Of a stretch of DNA of 64,000 nucleotides, positions 48,887-64,000 are shown piece by piece. Each line of letters starts with the position of its first letter. Position 1 is the stretch's first letter. This DNA is from Penicillus capitatus. Taxonomy: Eukaryota; Plantae; Chlorophyta. Both the position numbers and the translations under genes were made by a program. The stretch spans positions 733,101-797,100 of the forward strand of contig OZ287701.1 of the NCBI GenBank assembly GCA_965649825.1, written 5' to 3'. The notes under the pieces are model-generated. The model was not told the DNA's origin. It did no database searches and saw nothing but the letters and a program-made list of their open reading frames with translations.

Positions 48887-50817
48887 ATGTCGAACGTCCT
48901 GCGCGTGGCCCCGCTGCGTCGTCCGTTTTTCTCTGCTGCTTTGCGTTTTCCGAGCCTCTTCGGTCAGAGCTTTCGTCCTGTAAACGCCATTTCTGTGCTC
49001 TCCTCTTTGGAAGACTCTAACGACAGGAGAGGAAGACGGATGGCTGTGGCACTCGGCTATCGGCATCGGCGACGGATTATACGGCAGACCTTGTTCCTTC
49101 TAAGAGCCTCGCTGCCTCAGTGACGGCGCCTCCAGCATCGACGAATCCTCACGATGCGATTCCCAGCTATGGTGGGTCAACCGAAAAGACCTGCGGATAC
49201 GTATGCGACGCTGTGGTTCAGGAGGCGAATCAGGAAACGGGAGTCATGCCAACTGGGCAAAACTGACGTCGGAACGGGTACCGACACCGCGTCAGATTTC
49301 CAGAGACCTAGATAAATATGTCATCGGTCAAGCACATGGGAAAAAGGCATGCATGTGTGGAAACGACGAAGAAGCTGTAATGCTGTGCTGATGTGACAGG
49401 TGCTGTCTGTGGCGGTGTACAATCACTACATGCGTATCTCTCATGAAGAAGCGCGACAGAGACAAATGCGTCCGCTGCAAGATGATCCACTGCAATCCCC
49501 AAGATCCGGCAGCCATGCGCACTGGACGCCGCCTATCGGTAGCTTCTTTACAGCTTCCGCTTTCCAAACGCACAAGTGCTCTTTAGGTATCGATATGCCA
49601 ATGGGGGCCAACATGACACGCGATATGGGAGACTACAGCCACAAAGTTTTCGATTCGGGCAGCTATCGCAGTTCAAGTGATTTCAGCGACAGTGATACAG
49701 AACAGTTTCCAATGTTCGATTCGGGGGTCGAGTTGGACAAGAGCAATGTCCTGATCATGGGTCCTACTGGATCTGGAAAGACACTGCTGGCCAAAACGCT
49801 TGCTCGCCTCATCAATGTCCCTATTGCCATTGCAGACGCTACGACATTGACGCAGGCGGGGTATGTGGGCGAAGACGTGGAGTCCATTCTGTACAAACTG
49901 CTGGTGGCTGCAAAGTTTGACGTGGCGGCAGCGCAGACAGGGATTGTGTATATTGACGAGATTGACAAAATCGCAAAGAAAGGCGAAAATCCCAGCATTA
50001 CGAGGGATGTCTCCGGAGAGGGCGTGCAGCAAGCATTGCTAAAGATGCTCGAGGGAACAGTCGTTAATGTTCCTGAGAAGGGCGGACGCAAGAACCCGCG
50101 TGGCGATTTTGTCCAAGTCTGCATTCTTCCTCTGTCATCCAACCTGTTTCATCAGGAGAGGTGTTTGGGTAGGTGGATACGAAGGATATTCTATTTCTCT
50201 GCGGTGGGGCGTTTGTGGATTTGGATCGTCAAGTTGCTGAACGTAAAGCGGAGGCCTCAATGGGCTTTGGCAATCCTGTCCGTGCCAGATACGCCAATAA
50301 TCGCAAAGAGGGTGCGAATGTTCCGGACGAAGCCCTTCTGGAAGTCGAGCAGCAAGATCTCATCAGCTACGGTCTCATTCCGGAATTCGTTGGCCGTTTT
50401 CCCATTCTCTGCGCTTTGCAATCGCTGACGGAACCTGAATTGATGCGTGTTCTGTTCGAGCCACGCAATTCCTTGATTCGCCAATACCAAGAGATCTTGG
50501 CCAAGAGTTGTGCACAGCTACACATTACAGACAAGGCGATGCAGAAGATCGCCAAAAATGCCAAAGCCAAAGGCACCGGTGCACGTGGTTTGAGAGTCAT
50601 TATGGAGAAACTGTTGCTCAATGCGATGTACGAAGTGCCAGATCTGCAAGATGAAGAACCAGTGGTGCTCATTGACGAAGAGAGCGTCATTCACAGAGGC
50701 TGTGCTGGAGGACTGCAATCAGGTGGTGCACGAGTGCTGACAGGAGACGCAGCAGAGCCGTATCGATCTGAAGCAGGATTTCAAGAGTTTGAGGCTGAAG
50801 TAGCAGAAGCCAGTTGA
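48887..50817 (+). CDS. clpX: ATP-dependent Clp protease ATPase subunit ClpX (mitochondrial type)
   Basis: [86 protein letters not shown]; presequence-like N-terminus. Confidence 0.96.
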
Positions 50818-50926
50818 TGAACGTGCCTTGGCAAGTTGTTTGATGTCTGTGTACAAATTTGTTATGTACTGGAGAGAGCTGTGTAGAGTACAAAACAACG
50901 CATATTGTCATCAAGTGTTCATGGAA

Positions 50927-51000
50927 TGCTCCTTCGGGGGATTGAACCCCGGACTTCCGGCTCATAAGACCGGCGCTCTAACCGACTGAGCTAAAGGGGC
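50927..51000 (-). tRNA. trnI-UAU: tRNA-Ile (anticodon UAU), intronless
   Basis: Cloverleaf GCCCCTT TA GCTC AGTCGGTTA GAGC G CCGGT CTTATGA GCCGG AAGTC CGGGG TTCAATC CCCCG AAGGAGC A; A and B boxes intact. Confidence 0.93.
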
Positions 51001-51833
51001 ACACCAGCAGAAACGTCTTACACGTCAACCTGACCTCATGGGCACTGTGAGAGATGGATGGCAATGTGTTGGCAATATGTTTTGCCCGTTTCATCACAGA
51101 GAAGGCTGATCGACGTTATTCCGGCGGCTGAAGAACGCGAAGTCGTTGAATGGTTTGACAGGACCTCCTTGGTTCTCATATAGTGCCTCTTTAGTGTTGT
51201 GCATCTATGTACGAGGCCATGGCCTGCCAACAGTCCAATCCATTTTTGCCTCAGGTGTGTGGAGAAGAACGATGAAGATGGCTATGTCGTGCAGGAGATC
51301 GTAAAAAATACGAAAGCGGCACGTCCGCGACGATAGAGCATGCATTGGTGTGATGACGATTCAACAGCTGAATACGTCTTTCTAGGGAGTCGAAGACTTG
51401 GCGGAAAAAGAGTATCCCGTTGTGCTTTTATGTTTCGATTGTCCTGAATCTGCGTCTTCCCCGACGGCCGAAACGCAGTGAACGAACAATGTTGCCCTGT
51501 AGATGAAGAGAGACAGATAGATCCTTTGACGTTGCATCGAAATCGTGCGTATTCGCTTCCGGCTGATTGTTGATTCGTTCGAAAGTATCAGAATTGCAGG
51601 CCGTCAACGTTGTCAAAATGCGCCAAGGTCGCGGTCGAGAGAGGCCCCTGCTCCAGGATATCCCTGCCAGAAATGAAACCGAGATCTCAATGATCCGTTC
51701 TCGGTCCCCACAGTAACACGCGATTTGTCAGATCAGAAAGCACGGATAGTAACACCCATGCATAAGCTCGACTCACGCCTTCATAGAACAGAATCTCGTC
51801 ACGATGTCCTCGTCTTCGCATTCTTCCACGATA

Positions 51834-52781
51834 ATGAATGTGCTCAAGCGCTCGTTGTATGCGTTTAGCCTGTGGACGTGGCTACTCACAGCGTTCCTCT
51901 GTACACCGTGCGTCGCCGACTCCGTGTCGCTGCGGGCGGAACACCGGTGGGGAGAGAAGGCCTTTTCGGACGCTGGAACATTGACGGCCGCCCTATCCGA
52001 CGACGTATGACGCCATTGGGACGCCAGCATTCGCATCTCTCGTCTCTAGGGAAGTCAGTTCGAGGCTTTTCGCTTCTATCGAGTTCCTTTGACCGAAAAG
52101 GATCTCGAGTCCCTCATCGAGAGTGCTTTTCAGAACAGGCGAGGCACAGATGCCCAGCCATAGCATGAATAAAATGTGCAAGATCTTTAGGATGTACAGC
52201 ATCCGGGTGCAGTCGCTCTCCAGAGACCCATCTGCCATGACAGCATTGGCATCTGTGCCTGCACGCTGCCTACTCGCTTCGAAGTTCTACGAGTCGCTGG
52301 CTCTCGAATTGACGTATGACAATCGTGTGATCGGGGTAGACTACAGAACAGACTGCCGCAACCAATCAGTCTGAAATATCGCTGTCCTGTTCGTTGAGCT
52401 GTAATGACAGAAATGTGGTAGGTATCGATCGATGCGGATCAGGAGAATACCGGGTTCTCATTGGATCCCCTAAGAGTGGACTGCCGATATCCGCAACGTG
52501 CAACGCGGTTGTCCATGGATGAGGTGCTGAGAAGGGCGGAGTCTGTTGAGGGCGCATCGGCAGATGGCAGAGGTCCTGCCCAGAAACAACAAAAGAGCTT
52601 CCTCCAACAGAACTGGCCATTTCTTCTAGCTGGTGCTCTCATTGTAAGCCGATATTCGATCTGAACATCTCTTCTTAATGACACCCTGCTTGTCCAGCTG
52701 TTTCAGATTATGGGTAACGTAGCGGATCCAGCGGCAGGTCAAGGGAATCAAGGACCTGGACAGATACAAGGACGTCGTTGA
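51834..52781 (+). CDS. EMC10: ER membrane protein complex subunit 10-like
   Basis: Signal peptide, MYSIRV...ASVPARCLLAS, and C-terminal QQKSFLQQNWPFLLAGALILFQIMG followed by a Gly-rich tail, as in EMC10 SFW.KYW. Confidence 0.72.
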
Positions 52782-53182
52782 TGATGAGATGCGGATGTCC
52801 ATCTAATAGTTTTCTGGGGACTGTTGAGGCATTGCAGTTCATTCAGTAGCAGACGACCTTTGGAGTCTCGACTTTGGAACTCTTCTTTAACATGACATGT
52901 ACTGTGAAGAAAACAGTGGATAAAGTCTGCACGTTTTCGATCCTCTTCGGCGAAAGGCAAAGCGATTCGGCATACCATTATCACGACCGATAGCAGTTTC
53001 TGAGTGCTCCATGGCAGATCGACGTCCGCTGTTTTTCCTGTCCTTCGCTGTTTAGCATATGTTGCTTCGAGAAGCTAAAGACGTTGTGTGTTCGGTCTTT
53101 TGACGCCGATCTGCATCTGAGACATATCTATCTCATTTAGACGTCTCCCCTTTAGCTGGCAGAAAGCAGCTAGGGCGAACAG

Positions 53183-54700
53183 TTAGGAAGTGGTTAGGAG
53201 AAGACCAGCTGTGTTTCGTGCATCTCCTTGACCCTTACTGAATGACTCCTCCCTGACGATCTCCTTCCCTGCAGTACCACTATTCCAGATCGGCCACGTT
53301 TTCATCTGCATGGAAGATGCGCAGACAACAGCACGGGAGAAAAGTTGACTGGGCGAGACGTTACTTGCCGACCATCGCAAACAGAAAGAAAGAACATACC
53401 GTCATGCGACTCAGAGATCGTTGGATCGGATGGCGACATCATCGACAGGATAGGTGGATGTCCGCGCCGGCTGCCAAGTGGCAGGCACCCTGCGAACACC
53501 GTATGCGGAGTCGAACGAGCAGACAGCCGTCGCCTGAAAACAGACGCTGGTAAACGTAGGACCGCTGTTGGCGTTCTGCGTACTCTTTGTCCATCATCCT
53601 TCTGGCCGGAACAGTTGATAGGTGATGTCGAGTATTTTGTCCAGGGTGCGCCTGTTGGCGGAGGAGCAGCTGCCGTCGACAAGTTGAGAGGCGGCGCCTA
53701 TTTTCCTCTGCGTGACCACGAACGCCAGCGCAGGTGACACGTCCGCATTTAGCGGCGCAGATCATCTTCAACTCCGGAGTCCCTATCTCGCAAAGATCCC
53801 TCGCGGGCCACGTGGACAGGGAACGCGAGTCCGTCCCGTGTCACAAACCAGATATTCTCCGTTGCCGAGGCATAAGCGACAATTGGGCTTTGGTGAGTGA
53901 CTGCATCCTCGCGTCTGGGTGGTCGACTTTGTCCCTGTGAGGGGAATGTAGAGTCCAACCTTCTTACACAGCGATCCTGCAAGGTGGTGGACTGTGTCTC
54001 GTCTCAGAGAGGCTGCCTCGCTTCATGTTCATAAGCGAATGGACGCTAACCGTCGGACTCATGCGCACCTGCCAGAACCAGTCACATCATGCGCACCTGC
54101 CAGAACCAGTCACATCATGCGCACCTGCCAGAACCAGTCACATCATGCGCACCTGCCAGAACCAGTCACATCATGGCTCTCTCGAACGACTGCACGAGGA
54201 TCCTCAGCAATCTCTCCATGCAGCGCCACCTGCTGGGTCGCAGGCGACGGATACAATCGAATTAGATTCTGCGTTCGTCAGCAAACGAGGCAGCGCCGAA
54301 TTCGGACAGGTAGCTTCGCGTTTGCTGTCTGGATTTAGACAGCGATCTCCAGCCGCAATGGTATAAATGCGAGCAGAATTCCCGACCACTGCCATTTCCC
54401 TGTACGCGTTTGTGATTTTTGTCTTTCTGAAGTTCTTCGAATTCGTTTCGAACATCATGTCTGCCAACGCAGCTCTGTTCGCCGTCGCCGCTCTTCTCTG
54501 CCTCTACGCGGCAAGATCCTTTTAGTCTGCCGGAAACCCTCGGTGGCGACTTTCTGTTCTGGCAGGCGAATGCTTATCGCCCAATCACAGAATCCGTCGT
54601 CGACGAAAATGGACACGTCGATGGTAAGCTGTTCAGAAAAGAAGGATTCGTCAATGAAGGCATGGCTGTGTGGCGAGATCATTTCTCCATTGTGTCTGTG
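53183..54700 (-). CDS. Hypothetical multi-exon protein, possibly beta-propeller-like; ends uncertain
   Basis: Exon-like segments VALHGEIAEDPRAVVRESHDVTGSG, HQSPIVAYASATENIWFVTRDG, QLFSRAVVCASSMQMKTWPIW. Confidence 0.3.
54060..54175. repeat. Four perfect 28-bp tandem copies
   Basis: catgcgcacctgccagaaccagtcacat at 54060, 54088, 54116, 54144, then catg; no spacers. Confidence 0.97.
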
Positions 54701-55869
54701 CAGGAGGAGCATTTATGGGTGACAAATATTCAGCTAGACCCGTCTACTTGCTAGTACCCCTGTATGATTGGGAATCGTGTCAAAAGAAAATTTGCAATCG
54801 CACTTCGCGGTCGGGTTGTCAGATCTACTCAGTCGAGTGTCAAATGAGGTTGGCTGTATGCAGGAGAAGTCTTGGTCGCATGGGACTTTTGCTATGACAG
54901 TCATCAGTGCAGAGCATTCACGATGGTACCGCTCTACAAAACGACACGTAACTGTGTGATAGGCCTCTGCCCGCCCAAACGCGTCGCCTAACAAGCAGAT
55001 GAGAAACCGGCCACATTCTTTCCGGCATAAGTTCTAGAGATTTTGAATGACTCTCTGGATCCATCCGGTAACCTGTCAGTGTTCGATTTAATGAAAAATC
55101 GCAGCCGTTTATTGAACTCCGCTTCTCAACGCGCGTCTGTTAAAGCGCCAGATTGACTTCCCTGAGTCAATCACGTGACGATACGATGGTAGCGGCACCA
55201 ATTAGATCGACGACATCACTTCACGTAAACCGCGTCGCTAAGAACACCCCTTTGTGTCCGTCTGGTTGTCGACACTCGCCTGTAATCCGTGATCTGTTTC
55301 CTGTCGTCTGGGCGTCGAAGCGATTACTCCGTTATGGGCCCAAGGCGGCATTTAACAGCGTCTCCGCCGATGATCACCCCAAGCGATCGACATTTATCTC
55401 TTACGGTCGGTAATGATCTCGAACGCACAACAAACCCTACGCGGTGGGCACCTCGAATGCCAAATGAAAGTAGACGAGATAGCGGTCCATCGTAGCAGAA
55501 TCTCTGGATTCAACAGCAGTTGAACGATGACGATGTATGACGAGACAGAGCACTCAGCCATACGCATTGGATCTAGCAGAAGCCGAAGCTCCTTCCTATG
55601 TCCGTGCTTTCTCTGACAGATCGCATCTCATGGATGCGTGTCGATGAGCCGGCTATCACTGCCTATGCGCTGTTACTGCGTGTTTCTACACGACTCTCGA
55701 AGTCACACTGAGAAATACACCCACATCAGCATCAGGCTGTTTGTATTCTTTCTCCATTCAGAATCATGTCTTGCGCAAAAGTCAACAACGAAAGCAAATA
55801 AGCTGCAGAACATCTGAACATTTTCTTTTTGTGCACATCGAGTCGTGCGTCGAAACAGAAAGACATCGA

Positions 55870-64000
<8,131 letters not shown>

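Noticed and set aside
51036-51760. Possible small gene between the tRNA and EMC10
   Set aside because: Exon-like fragments exist but I could not build a consistent spliced frame
54060-54175. CRISPR array (28-bp repeats)
   Set aside because: Copies are directly adjacent with no spacers, there are no cas genes and the context is eukaryotic

Overview
Compact eukaryotic nuclear DNA from a photosynthetic green-lineage organism. A green alga is inferred from a transit-peptide CP12, CPP1-like and PAM71/GDT1-like genes, standard genetic code, dense genes, many ~47-60 nt spliceosomal introns and very short or overlapping intergenic spacers. Recognisable genes: stomatin-like protein, GDT1/UPF0016, BTB protein, CPP1-like, MORN-repeat protein, EB1-like CH protein, RPB6, dihydroxy-acid dehydratase, CP12, DPH3, ADAT1, LARP1, BRX1, TFIIS-N-domain protein, MRS2, ClpX, tRNA-Ile(UAU), EMC10 and the 3' part of a HUWE1/UPL1-type HECT ligase. 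The standout is a ~9 kb minus-strand gene (16210->7234) that I could splice by hand, with canonical sites, into one reading frame of roughly 2,600-2,700 aa. Its order is N-terminal RIG-I/MDA5-CTD-like zinc domain, Dicer/RLR-type DExD/H helicase, cellular RdRP (DLDGD), degenerate TUTase/Cid-like nucleotidyltransferase, KH-like domain and an unassigned beta-rich C-terminal domain. This looks like a whole RNA-silencing amplification complex in one polypeptide. Other oddities: a 4x28 bp repeat whose every unit carries an AG|GT splice junction, two GATC/CGAT-rich intergenic tandem repeats, at least four GC-AG introns, overlapping convergent CDSs (DPH3/ADAT1) and a C3:A70 mismatch in tRNA-Ile. All exon structures and family assignments are manual, from motif recognition; no searches were run.
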